This document shows, in pieces, positions 24,788 to 38,170 of a stretch of 64,000 nucleotides of DNA. Location of the stretch: the NCBI RefSeq assembly GCF_009914755.1, contig NC_060947.1; one strand, given 5' to 3'. Under the pieces are notes generated by a model that ran no database searches, was not told the DNA's origin, and saw only the letters and a list, made by a program, of their open reading frames with translations. Source of the DNA: the human T2T-CHM13v2.0 reference genome, Homo sapiens. The position numbers were made by a program, and so were the translations under genes. How positions within the stretch are numbered: position 1 is the stretch's first letter; each line of letters begins with the position of its first letter.

Positions 24788-25372
24788 GGATTTCCACACG
24801 ACGTAGGGGTGCCCGCGACTGTCGGGTGGGGACTGGAACTTCCTCTGCTGGAGCCACCTCCTAGGAGAAGCGAAGATGCCATTGGGGCCTCCCCCGGATG
24901 AACAGAGGATGCTGGAAGCGCTTCGGCTACTGGCTGGCCCGGCCAGGACAGAAGGCAGGTCCCAGGCCATGCTCTTCTTGAGGCCGCCGCGACCCAGGGG
25001 AACCTCATAGTCAAAGTGAAAGCTGCCGGATGGTGACTTCTCCTGCGGGGTGCTGGGTGTGGAGAAGGACGAGCAAAGAGGTCCAGGAGGCGGTAGCCTG
25101 GTGGCCCTGGGGGGCGGACCCCGGGAAGAGGACGCCAAGCGAGGGCCGAGACTCTCGGCTGGGAGTGATGGGGAGTAGAGGCGGCCCGCCGTGGCTCCCC
25201 GCGCACTGCCCTCCGCGCCCGCCTCGTCGCTCCCGCAGCCGCCGATCAGGGCCGGGTCCAGGCTGCGGGTCTGGCGCAGCTTCCTCTTGGAGAAGCCCTT
25301 GGCCGAGGCCGCGCTACTTGAAGCGGGCGAGGAACAGGAGAAGACGCTGTGGAGCAGGCTCTGCGCGGACAT
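24785..25372 (-). CDS. ARHGAP6: Rho GTPase-activating protein 6, coding part of exon 1 (aa 1-196, Ser/Pro/Gly-rich N-terminus)
   Basis: [45 protein letters not shown]...[10 protein letters not shown] recognised as the human ARHGAP6 N-terminus; 588 nt from ATG (GCCGAGATGT) to the donor. Confidence 0.95.
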
Positions 25373-26465
25373 CTCGGCGGGGCTGCACCTGAGGACCACC
25401 TCCTCCTCCCTCCCTGGACGCTGGTGGCTTTGGGTCGGGAACCGAAAGGGACTCAGGCAAAGGTGCCAGGCGGGGCTGGCCCGGGGTTTGCCCAGGGCAG
25501 TGGAGAGCAAAGCCCAGCTCACGCGCCGCCGGTGCGCTCCAAGTGCCCCGGCGGCGGCAGGAGCAGCAGATCCATCACCAGCCTTCTAGGAAAATGGGTC
25601 TGGGGACCTCCTGCAGCCGCTAGAACCTTCCTCCGGAGCCCAAGACGCGAAGAGGGTCAGGAAGAGGAGGAGGAAGGTCAGGCGCTCGCTGGGTTCCCAG
25701 CTCCAGCCTGCCAGCGCCACTCCCCCTTCCTAGCTGAGGCGGGAGACGCAGCGCTCCTGCTCGCTGGCTCTGGATGGCCTCTAAGACTCCAGCAAGCTCC
25801 TCCTTGCGGCCCGAGGACAGTCCCGAGGGCCAGGGAGAAGGCTGCCTGGGCGTGCGCCCAGGGCGCGTCCACCGCGCTCCCGGCGCCGCGAGAACTTCCT
25901 CCCGCTCCTGAGCCGGGCGCCTGAGCTGCGCCTCCCTGCACTCTCTCCTTGCCCCGGCGCCCGAGGTTGCGCGCCTGGCCTCCGCTGGGCTGCTGCGCCC
26001 ACTCTTCCGACTGCAGAGGCTCAAGGGTTGTTCCAAGCTCAAGGTTCCCGCGGGGTCTCTGTCTTGCTGCAGTGTGGGGACACCGAGCGTGCTGCGCCCG
26101 GGACCTCCAAAGACTGCGTGCCCACGGTGGGATGGAATTCCCGGCGGCGCTCAGCGCTCTCCGTGGAGGAGGGAGCTCAGGAGACAGCCCCAAGGCCGGG
26201 TGTGTGTGTTCCGCCGGAGAGGAACACGCTATTCGCAGCCCAGCCTTGGGCCCAGGGCAGACGCGGAGATGACCCCGTACGCTCGCTCTAGAGGCAGCGG
26301 GAAGGGGGCGGCCAGGACGTGTAGAGCTGGAGGAATGCCGGGGCTGGAGCTGGGGCGGAGCCAGGAGCAGGAGAAAGCAGAACGTGAAGAGTTTTCCAGG
26401 CGCCAAACCTGCAAGCGGCGAGGAGAGAAGGCAGCTCGCCACTGATACCGGGTCTCCTGGGGAGA
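25373..26465 (-). other. ARHGAP6: ARHGAP6 5' UTR (GC-rich, about 0.9-1.1 kb; TSS position approximate)
   Basis: Lies upstream of the ATG inside the CpG island; upstream limit inferred from the ETS/GC-box cluster and recall of a long leader. Confidence 0.6.
25519..25575 (-). other. Upstream ORF, 18 aa ([18 protein letters not shown])
   Basis: Only ATG on the minus strand between 25373 and about 26600; context GTGATGG. Confidence 0.7.
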
Positions 26466-26673
26466 AAGTCGTGAGGACGGAAGTGCGGACCTTCTCCCCC
26501 GTCTCCCCACCCCCAGATCAAGGGTCGCGCCAGCTCCACTCACGTTTCTGGAAAGGAAGGGAAGTGTCAGATTGCACCCCACCCACTGGTGTCAGATGGG
26601 CAGCCGGGGACGATTGCTCTGAAGTTGGAGTTAAATCTCCTGCCTTTTCTCCCCGCGCCCCCCCACCCCGCCC
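26352..26673. promoter_or_regulatory. TATA-less core promoter motifs: GC boxes and ETS/GABP site
   Basis: GGGGCGGAGC 26352-26361; CGGAAGTG 26478-26485; CCCCGCCC 26666-26673. Confidence 0.6.
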
Positions 26674-27945
26674 TGTCCCGGCTGTTTTTGTTTTTAAAAA
26701 GGAAGGATAGATAGGAAACTGTCTAAAAGCAGTGGCTGCCGATGAATGAGCTGGAGATGGAGACCTACTAAGAAAGTGGAGGGGGAGGAGCCTTTGCCGT
26801 GGAAGGGGTCCTGAGCACGTGCGGAAACGTGCTCTAGGAGGAGGGGTGAGTGAGGCCGGGTAGGGGGCAGGCGCCGGGCGCAGCTTCAGCCCAGAGGCTG
26901 CAGAGATTGGCGCTCACAAAGCGATCTGTCTCCGCGTCCCGCTCTGGGACGCCTCGGGTCTCAGCGCGGTGGCCACAGTCCTGGGAAGCTGGAGAACGCT
27001 GGGGAAATCAATCTTCCCGGCAAGGAGATGAGTCTGAAAGCAGCTTCTCCCGCTGTCGGACCCCTGGAATCTATAAAGCGCAAAGCCTCGCCCTCTTGGA
27101 GGGCTTTTTGATGTAACAGTTAAGCTTTGCAATGCAACTTACAACCATCTCAGCAGGGAGCAGACAGAATGTTGGAAATGTCTACTTTGTGTTTGTGTCC
27201 TCTTTTATCACTTAGGGATGAAGATAATTTTATATAAATGTAAAGGTGACTCTACCATTTCTTTTATTTTGGAGAAAAAATACAATGAAATTATAAATAC
27301 AGATGTTGGACACGAACATTCCTCTTGCATATCTACCAGAATTGTCCAAGTTTGATTCTGGAAGACTTCCTTTATTCCCTATGACATATTCAGGGGAAAA
27401 GTTAATTTACTTAGACTCTTTGAAAAGCGTGTTTGGTGTTCCTAGGTGTTCAGCTATTTTGGAGGAGGTACGTCATGAAATCTAATTAGGAGAATTCGTT
27501 GTCTCCACAAAGGGCGTCGGGCTCCCAGGTCTTGGCTGTACTCGTTTTTTGTAAACGCAGCCGAACAGACTGCACCCTTAGAGATTTTTTTTCCGGTAGC
27601 TTTAATGAGCTATCTGCTGTCTGAAGACAGAGTTCGATTCTAGTTTCCCATCCCCCATCGCTGTCCATCTCTTCTCACCCTGAGCTTCTTAAGTATTTTC
27701 AGCGGCTGTCAATCAGGTGTGCTGCTGACAGGCACAGTGTTTAAAAAGAGCTCTTGCTCCCCTGCCTAACTACACCCAGGCCAAGTTACATTTGGGGGCT
27801 TGTTGGCATTGGCTTTCTTCCCTCCTCATACAAGTCACATTAGAAGTAAAAGTGTGTGGGTCTTGTCTGCCCTTTCTTTAGTAACAAAACTGTAATTTAT
27901 CACTGGTAATGGAAACACTTAATGTCTCTACCACTGGGATACGAA

Positions 27946-27980
27946 TGCATGGTTATGCCTCATTGCATGGTTATGCCTCA
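27946..27980. repeat. Tandem duplication, 18-bp period
   Basis: TGCATGGTTATGCCTCA twice. Confidence 0.9.
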
Positions 27981-30468
27981 GTGGAGTTTGGCATTCGGGG
28001 TAGATGGTTAACAGAGTCACTTCACAGAATCACTTATAACTCAAGGGGGGTGAGCAACTTGATGATTGTATTTGATGATTTATATATTTCTCTAACCCCA
28101 TATGATAACCATGGGGTAGCAAATGAACCCCTGCCATGACTGTATAGGCTAGTATGAATGCCCCCAGGCACAAGGGCATACATTCTTGCTCATGGGTGTT
28201 GGAGAGCCAACCAGCAGAGGGATTCTTCTATTAGCACTCCTAGGGCTTGGAACACACACATGCCAGTTAATTCATCATCTAGTTTCCAAGTGTTCCTGAC
28301 CCTCCAGGAAACTGGAAACTTGTGTCATTGTTGGGAACAGTGAATAAATTGTTTTAAATATTAATCAAATTAGACTGGGGCTCCTTTTAAAAACTCAGTG
28401 TAAGTATGTGTGCTTTTAATACCTGGGGCAGGGGATGTTGATGTTCTTCTAGAAAGACTTTGTAAGAATTTTTTTGGATTTTTTTAAAACTATTTTGATT
28501 TTCAACCTGACTGCTATTAGGTTTACCTTGCAGTCATAGTGGCTTATGGTGGATTCATTCATTCCTATTTAAGGCATTCTATTTAACTCTTGTTTGTTAT
28601 ATATTCTCTTTGTTTATATAGACTCAACTCACATTGGCCTTTCTGATCAACTGTCAGGTTATGCCAAATTCAGTTAAGGAAGATCTATGGGTTTTGGTTA
28701 CCAATTTCAAAAAATGGCTGGTTTTGTTACATTGCTTCCCAGAATCCTTCTTACAATTCATCAGCTAGCTTCAGAAGCATTATAATTGGTAGTCAAGAAA
28801 TAAATAGTTTTAATGTATATGCTTTCAAAAGCAGGTTTCTAAGACTTTGCTTTGCTTCTCTATTAGGGCATTTGATATTGAAAATAGTGCCTATATTTGT
28901 TAATTTTTTCCTCAGAGACAAAGTTAATCAAAGACTTGGGATACCTTTCATTAAAGAGCAGAACATTCTGTTCACTATTCATTCCCAATGATAATTATTG
29001 TAGACATCTAGGATTTAAAAAACATCTTATGCTATCTATTCCATCTGGTCATGGCACAAGAATATTCCAATGGAAGTTCTAGAATCCTTGGACTGACATC
29101 AAGCTATCCTCTTATCAGAGATCCTAGAAAACTCATCAGTATTCTTTCTATTCCCTTGAGAGACTGTTCTACAAACACACACATCTTACTATCAAAGGAT
29201 ATATTCTGATGCTTAACCTAAATTTCCTTTTCCTTAACTTTATCCCTTGAAGCTTTTCATATCTCCAGCCAAAATTCCTCTTTATCCTTGGTGTTTAGAC
29301 CCCAAAGCTATTTGTAGATTTTTATCATGCCCTTTGGGTCTGACTCTGTGGTTTGGCTACACTATAAAGTTCATATTTTGCTTTAAAACCATCACTGTAG
29401 ATGATCTTTTCTGGACTCCCTCCAGTTGCTTTTGTTTTTCAGTCCTGAGGTCCAATATTCCAGGTTAGGGCATCCTATTTTGCTCTTGTTTGTTATATAA
29501 TCCCATTGCTTAAACAGTCTCAAATCACACTGAACTTTCTGATTGAGTGTCATATAATATTTCAGACTTCTATCTGATTGGCTCCCAACTTTTAGCATTG
29601 TTGATTTTCATTTCATCCTGCCCATGTCTCTCAAACTGATCATGATCCCCCGATATCATTTCTATGTTCTTAGTGGGTAAACAGTTCACAGCATCTCACT
29701 TGCCCATAAAAGTCCGGGTTCTGTCTCCAAGCTCCTGAAACATGAAAAAGAAGCATCATTTAAATCTGTGTGACATGCATGGAATACATGAGAGATATGT
29801 GGAGAAATTTTACAAGGCTTAAGAATGCAAATTGCATTAAATAGCCCAACTTCCCCATGCCTGAACTAAAAATGTTTCTTTAGATTCCTATGCCAGCTGC
29901 CAAAGCACTTAAATTACAATCGACAAACGTCAGTGGAGGTAAACCTAGAGTCTTTGAGTACAGGAAATTTTTGTCTTCTATTACATTTATATACCAACAG
30001 GCAAGGTTTTTGGCTCAATATTTTGGATCAATTTCACATAGCCCAGAATTGGAACCATGAACCCTCCAGGTACACACTTGAGGTTTTAATATTCCTCTAG
30101 TTGATATCCAGACCTGTGAAATTTTTTTTTCTGACGTTATATTCGGAAACCCAAATGACTATTCTTATTCATCTTTCCCAGTTTTTCCCCACTCTGTGTG
30201 CCTAATTTTGCCATTTCTCACCAATTGTGACCTTAAAAAATTAAATTCAGTAAAAGAAAACGACTGTATCTGTGTCAGCATCTGCATTGAACACACGAAC
30301 ATCCACTTGCAACATTGTCCATTTTCTCATTTTCTGTGCAAATATTAGCAACATGTTCTATGTTTTCTAGTGTTTAATATTTATCTTCTAGACTTAAAAA
30401 AGCAGGAGTTTGGCATAGGCACATTTTCTGCCTTTTCGCTTACATGTTTATTTCTTGAGCAGGTATGA

Positions 30469-30807
<339 letters not shown>

Positions 30808-30818
30808 TAACCATCCTA

Positions 30819-30853
30819 TTTTCACTTGCCCAAGTTAGCAGGGCAAGTGAAAA
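30819..30853. repeat. Perfect 13-bp inverted repeat with a 9-nt loop
   Basis: TTTTCACTTGCCC-AAGTTAGCA-GGGCAAGTGAAAA. Confidence 0.9.
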
Positions 30854-31854
30854 ACAAGGCTGTATAAGAATCTTAAACCAAGTTGCAGTGTAGATGTGCT
30901 CAGCAGGATCACAGGGGCAACTCCTGAACCAAACAGTGGTTACTCTACCTGTGGCATGTGAACGAATCTTCCAATATCAAATCCTAAATGTATGACCATC
31001 ATCCCTTTTGCTTTAGGCTTTGAATCTTGATCTCAGGAGACTTTTAGAAATATAAATTGGCTGAAAGCCAAATTCAGTTTTGGTTGATAAACATTTTTGA
31101 ACACACACTGTGTGCTAGTGGCATTCTTTGTTCTATCTTTGTGGTGAAAGTGTACTTAGAATCTCAAAATAAGTTAAATTTATCTGAACCTGGTATATAA
31201 TTCAGCTGTACTAGCTACTTAAACTAATTTTTAAAATCTTCTGTAGCATATGTCTCAGAACTACTTTTGAGGATGAAGAATTCTGTAATAATGTAAACAA
31301 TTTTAATAGATACTTTATTAATTACCCTAAATTGTTCATAATCTAAGCATTCATCAATATTTCCCAATTTAAAAAGCAACCAAATAACATGAGGTTTCAT
31401 TGCCTATGAAATGTTAATTTTTCCCCCGAATCTTCACTTTTCTATATTGAATGGAAACAGGAGGACCTATTTTGCCTAACATGTTTCTCTGGTGACAAGG
31501 TAGGATGGGGTATGGAAGGGAAAGAAGAAAATAAAACAACTGGTACTATGCCTAGGGTACATACAGACACATACATATATATTAACATCAACTTTACTGA
31601 GAATCTACATACAATAAGCTATATAAATGAATTTTGGCAGTTGTGTATACCCATGAAACCACTACCACGATCAATATACAGAACATTCCTATCACCTCCA
31701 GTGTATGCTTTTATTAACGTTCAATGAACATTGACAATTTGAGTTTTGCTATGTTCATGGTTGAGTAGTGCCTTTGGCCAATATAAAAAGGGAAGGAGGG
31801 AAGAAGAGCATGAGGGAGGGAGGACAAAATAGAGAACAGAGCTTTTTCAGTTCT

Positions 31855-32333
31855 TGTAGTGGGTTGAAGTGTGTTCATCTAAAAGGCATATTCAAGTCCT
31901 AATCCCTGGTACATGTGAATGGGACCTTATTTGAAAACCGGGTTTTTGCACAAGTAATCAAATTAAGATTAAGTCAGACTGAATTAGATGGGTCCTAAAT
32001 CCAATAACTAGTGTCTTTATGAGAGAAAGGAGAAGGCAAATGGAATACAGACACATGCGTGTGCACAGAAGAAGACCATGTGAAGACAGAAGCAGAAATT
32101 AGAGTGATACAGCTACAAGCCAAAAAACCGCCAAAGATTGCCAGTAACCACTAGAGGCTAGGAGAGAGGCGGAACAGATTTTTCCTTAGAGCCTCCAGAA
32201 GGAACCAACCCTGCTGACACCTTGACTTTTGACTTCTAGCCTCCAGAATTGTAAGAGAATAAGCTGGTTTTTTTTTTTAAAAAGCCACCCAGTGTGTGGT
32301 AGTTTGTCATGCCAGCCCTAGGAAAATTTTGTA
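31855..32333 (+). mobile_element. MaLR LTR (MLT1B/C-like)
   Basis: TGTAGTGGGTTGAA...GTGAATGGGACCTTATTTGAAA...GGAACCAACCCTGCTGACACCTTG...AAGCCACCCAGTGTGTGGTAGTTTG. Confidence 0.88.
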
Positions 32334-33871
32334 TTTCTTATTGCCACAGCTTGGTTCTCCTTCTTTCAAACAGTTTAATAAAACCCAAGGAAGTCATTGA
32401 GCAAAAAGCAATCCCAAAGAATTTTAAAAGAAGACAAGAGAATGGCTAATGAATGCTTATCAGTGTTTCATTTCCAAAGGAAAAGTGATGGATTAGAAAT
32501 CCTGTCTCCTGCTAAGCATGGTGTCATCATTATGTCAGCAGCCAAGCTGCAGTTAGGTCCCACGTGTGCACGGCTCCGTCTTCTTTCAGGATGGACTTCA
32601 CTTTCCCCTTGGGGGACTTCTGCCCTTCTGTGCATTTGTTTCAACAAAAGGGGCTCAAACCAGAAAGAGACACTCAAATTCAGAGGGCTGAGATGCTTTG
32701 GTTTGCCTTTTTTGGTGTTTAATTTGCTCTGCATTAAAGGGGCTGAGCACACACCTGAGACACAAATGAGCTCGAGTGCCAGAACAAGCCAGTAAGAAAT
32801 GTCTTTAAAAGGAGATGGAAGCTGCTGAAACTCTTCAACAGGCTTCATGGAAACCAAAGCCTGGTAAGCCTTTCTCTAGGGAAAACTTCCGGGGATCCAA
32901 TTGAAAAAGCAGAGCTGCTTAAGCTAAAAGCCACATGCCCTTTATTTGCCTCCTGTATGATTTATTGGGAATTCCTTGGGTATTTTTCACAGTTCACTGC
33001 TTTGTAGCATGACACAGATTAGAGACATACCAAAGAACTCTCAGCCCCCTTTAAAGATATAGGAAGGAAAATAAGACATTCACAAGATCGTAATAAGCAG
33101 GTTGTGGATCAGGGAGCTAAAAGTAAGGGGTTCCCCCCTTTTAATAGAAACGGCTTCACGAACCAGTTTTATAGAATTGGCAAAAGCAAACTGATGGAAG
33201 TTGTTGGAGGTTTATGGAGCAGTAAGAAAAATGCAGTAATGAGAATCATAGATCTAACTCTTAGTAGATGCTTGGCTACTAACTAGCTCAGTCATCTAAC
33301 CTTGTGCAAAGGAAACCCCTACTCACCATTTAAGCCTACTTGGTTTAAATGTCTCTTGCTCTGCCTTAGGCTCCTATTCCAGTTAAGTTAGTTCTCATGG
33401 TATAACTCTCCTACTCTCAGACCTTCCCTTTATTATAGCACTTACCAAAGTGGTAAGCATATGGGATTCATTAGTGCAATTATGCATGTTCAATCCCTAA
33501 CATCCCTAAGACCCTAAGTTTCATGAAGCAAGAGTCATCACTGATTGGTTTCCCTTGTAATCCTAGTGCTAGAATGACTCATCTCACGTAAGAATAAAGG
33601 CTCGATCGATAACCATAATTCACCTCTTAACCTCAGTCTCCTCATCTGGAACTTGGCTCTTCAGGTCTCTGACAGCTGTCGCCTTCTGTGTCTCAGAGAC
33701 CTTGGACTTATCCTCAGGCATCAGTGGGAAGTTCTATTAATTTGACTTGTCACAGAAGAACTAAAATGAGTGATAACTATACAGATGTCTGCTAGTCAAA
33801 ATTGTTAATATTTCGTTAAATGTATGGGCTTTGAGTCAGACATCTCCAAGTTATAGTCCTAAGTGTGCATG

Positions 33872-33919
<48 letters not shown>
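33872..33919. repeat. (TG)n(AG)n compound microsatellite within a MIR
   Basis: GTGTGTGTGTGTGT followed by a long AG run; flanked by TGGGCTTTGAGTCAGAC and CCTTGGGTAAAGTCATTTAA. Confidence 0.88.
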
Positions 33920-33921
<2 letters not shown>

Positions 33922-34179
33922 AACCAGTCTACCTTGGGTAAAGTCATTTAATTCTTCAGAGGCTCAGTTCTTCCTCTGGTACACAGAGTTAATAGCTATA
34001 CATTGTAAAGCATTTAGTATGTTTTGTGGCATAGAACAAATACAAAATAACTGTTATCTGTTATTAATAAATTTGTTATCATTAATTACAGAAATAAGAC
34101 ACATAATATGGCTTATTCAGGTTTGCCTATCTGTACATATTATAAAATTGAATATCTAACAATAACAGTAGTAATGAGT

Positions 34180-34390
34180 CAACCTTTAATATGTATCAGG
34201 TACTGTGACTAGTGTCTTACATGGGTTATTTTATTTAATCTTCACAACTCGTTGAGGTAGTTCTCTATCATCTTCATTGTTCAAATGAGGAAACTGAGTC
34301 ACTGAGAGGTTAAAAACTTGCTTAAGTGAGCTAGTAAATGGTGGAGCCATTGATTTGCCCAAGTTAGCTAGGAAATAATGGAGCTATCAA
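34180..34390 (-). mobile_element. MIR
   Basis: ATTTAATCTTCACAAC...AAATGAGGAAACTGAG...GAGAGGTTAAAAACTTG. Confidence 0.78.
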
Positions 34391-35409
34391 ACTAATCCTC
34401 ATACACTATACAAAGTCACTTTTTAAAACATGTTTTCTATGGAAAAATGTGTGACAAATAGAAGTCATGCTCATCTCTCCATTCACATGATCTGCACTAC
34501 ATAGACAGGACTGGGAGTGTCGGGGTGTGGGGATCAGATATGGTGAAGGAGGGCTTAGCATTTCCCAAGCATCTATTCTGTGCTAAGAACTTTACACACA
34601 TGATTTCTACACAACATTGCTGTGAGGTAAATATTCTTATTCCCATTTCAGAAATCAATGATTCACACCCACGTCTGTCATGTCACAACCCATGTGTTCC
34701 CCATAATACTTCTTGAATGGCTAATCTGGCTAGCAAATCTAAATAATCACAGTCATCAGAAAACTTGACCATGAACAGGAATGTCATATTCCTAACTTGT
34801 ACTTGCCCTTTGTACTTTCTGAGAGCAGGTGGGAATTAGCTACAGCTCTGTGTTTCCTATGGATATTTTCACTTATTAAGAGAATTCTAGCCTTCTTTCC
34901 TCCAGGCTAAATCTTTAATTATTTTCCTCTGGCATGTCTATTATGTGCTGTAAACATGTTCTTTTGGGAATTTTTTATGTGCTGCATTATTCCTTTTAAG
35001 TTGTGAAGCCCCAAACTGGACACAGTGCTCTCTAAAGCGACATATCCAAGCTGTGTTTAGTTTGATTTATCTGTGCTGATTAAGAAGTTGTGTAGAAGGC
35101 TTTTATTCACCCTCTGTGATTTGCCTAATGTCTTTAGGGTGGTGGTAAATAAATCTTGTACATCAAATTCTTGTTATCCGTAAGGTGAAAAAAGGCCAAT
35201 CCTGACAAATTGGGTTCCAAGATTATGAGAAGTTGCTCTTACTAAATTCCCTATTATTGTTCAGAACAGTTCCATTTGCCCAAATGAGTTCTCATCAGTG
35301 GAAAGTCAGTGCACTTGAACCAGATGATACTTGAAGCATTTCCAAATTGTATGCTTTACAGTGTCTTTACAAATGGCGATTGAGCAGATGAAGCAGAGAA
35401 CCAAGAAAG

Positions 35410-36145
<736 letters not shown>

Positions 36146-37899
36146 AAAGGATCTACTCAGCTCAAGCTTACAACACAACTTGGATCATTAAGATAACAAC
36201 AACAAAAAAAATGTTTACTTGACACCCTGATTTGAAGAAATAATAATTAACTTGATTTGGTTGCAAAAACCTTTTATTGAAAAGTCCTGAAAAAAAAAAA
36301 AAAAACAAGATCCTTTTTTGATACTACTTACATCACAGCAACTGATAAGGCAATATTTTATGCATTTAATATTTCCTTAAACCTACACCTCTCACTTTGA
36401 CCTAGGTGTTAGCATCTCTACCAGCAATGAGACTCGAAATACAAGTGTCTAGTCCATTTACTTATGGAATGGAGAAAGCTATAGCATAGAAATAGGAAGT
36501 ATCACATCCATGAAATGAGAGATTGTGTTGCATTCATTTTTTCATATCCAGAATATTCTACAATGCCTGACACTAAATAGGCACTCATTAAAGAGAATAA
36601 ACGAATGAGTGAATGGATGAATAAGAGATTTCTGGAACTAGAATTCTTGCTACCTGACACACCAAGGTCACTGTCCATATTATTTTGAATCACATCTGTG
36701 ACATTAATTCACTGAGCGCCATTCATTGTTTTTAACATCTTTATTGACATATAATTCACATGCCATGAAATTCACTCATTTTCCGTTTAATTCAGTTTCA
36801 CTCAAATTAGCTAAATAGTGATGTTACATATATTTATTTAAAGTCTGCTTAAAGATTTGTTAAGAAACAAGGTAAATGTGCACAGTTAAAACAAGTTTTG
36901 GAATCCATCTCTTGATTTACTTAATGCATCCCTTGAGACCACCAATTGAGAATTGAGTGTATTTTCCGAAATATATGTTGGCTATAACTAAAAGAGAGTT
37001 TGAAGTACCTTTTTAACTTGGTAGTGAAATTATTATGACGAGGAGCTTGCTTTTTTGAATCAGCATCTTGCTAATAAAGAAGAGCTTCCAAAGTAGAATC
37101 ATGAGATTCTCAGATGATTGACCAGATCCAGAGGCTACAGACTTCTAAGGCGAAGCCAGATGGATTTATTATTACTGATTTCCAGCAAGATAAAACATTT
37201 ATTTTCACAGATTGCTTCAGTGTCCTGGTTTGACATTTGCTGTTGTTTTAAAAGGCAAATTAAAAACACTGGAAATGAGAAGGCCAGATAAAACATAGTT
37301 CCAAACCACCCTAGAGGGATGGAGTAATTGATAATGGTGACCTCAAGCCCCCTTCTGCAGCCTGGGACAGACCAGAGCCCCAAGGACTATTCGGATGGTG
37401 CCTCTTTTTATTTGAAATTCTTTAATTCATGGTCAACCAGTTCCTTTCTCTTCTAGGAGTTCAAGTTGTTAGTCTAATCCAGAACATCATCAACTATTTA
37501 AAGAAAGCCATGAACACAATGGGACTTTCATTTGATAAGACTGAAAGTCAAAAGGAAGTAAACTACTAATTAGAAAGACATTTTCTGTTCCTTTTATTGA
37601 GCTGGAGTGTGGGGGTGGGGGAGAGTCACTTTTTATGTTTTATTGCTAAAGGAAATAAAACTTCTCCCAATATGTGCCCCCCTTTATGTGGCAACCACAA
37701 GACATCTTGGAAATACTGATTTTCACACATGACCTTTCTGGAGAAAGAGAAAATTTGGCATAGATCTGTTGACTAACCTGACCTCCAAATTAGATAGTTT
37801 TCAGCAGGTGCCTTGGAGCCTTCAAATTCTACTCAAAGCATCTCTTGAAATATTTCATCCTCAAATGAGTGATCATGGCTTTATATAGTCAGACAGCCA

Positions 37900-38170
37900 C
37901 CAGATATTTATTGAGTAACCACTTACGTACCAGGAATTTTCCTAAACACTGGAATACAGCAGTAAATAGGAAAGAAAGTGTCCCTGCTTTCAGACAGCTT
38001 ACCAAATTGTGAAGGGAGGCACATGATAAACACATAAGCAAGTTAATATATAATTTCAAGAACTGGTAAATGCTATGAAGAGTCGAAAGCAGAGAGACTG
38101 GTGAGCTGCTTTAGCTACAGTGGTGAGAAAAGACCTTTCTGAAGAGGTGGTAGTTGATTTGGACTAAGAC
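37900..38170 (-). mobile_element. L2 3' fragment
   Basis: ATATTTATTGAG...TACCAGG...ATACAGCAGTAAA...GTCCCTGCTTTCA. Confidence 0.65.

Larger units (their letters stand above)
24700..27100. promoter_or_regulatory. ARHGAP6: CpG island covering the ARHGAP6 promoter and exon 1
   Basis: Abrupt rise in GC and CpG density against AT-rich, CpG-depleted flanks. Confidence 0.92.

Noticed and set aside
24713-25522. The 269-aa ORF taken as a complete protein
   Set aside because: It starts at GTG and runs through the splice donor; the recognised CDS is 25372-24785.
24639-27132. Many overlapping 70-254 aa ORFs on both strands in the CpG island
   Set aside because: Expected from stop-codon scarcity in GC-rich DNA; most start at non-ATG codons and resemble no known protein. 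Only the ARHGAP6 frame is supported.
32397-32857. Overlapping 132-aa and 129-aa antiparallel ORFs
   Set aside because: Non-ATG starts and no recognisable homology; lengths are within chance expectation for 64 kb.
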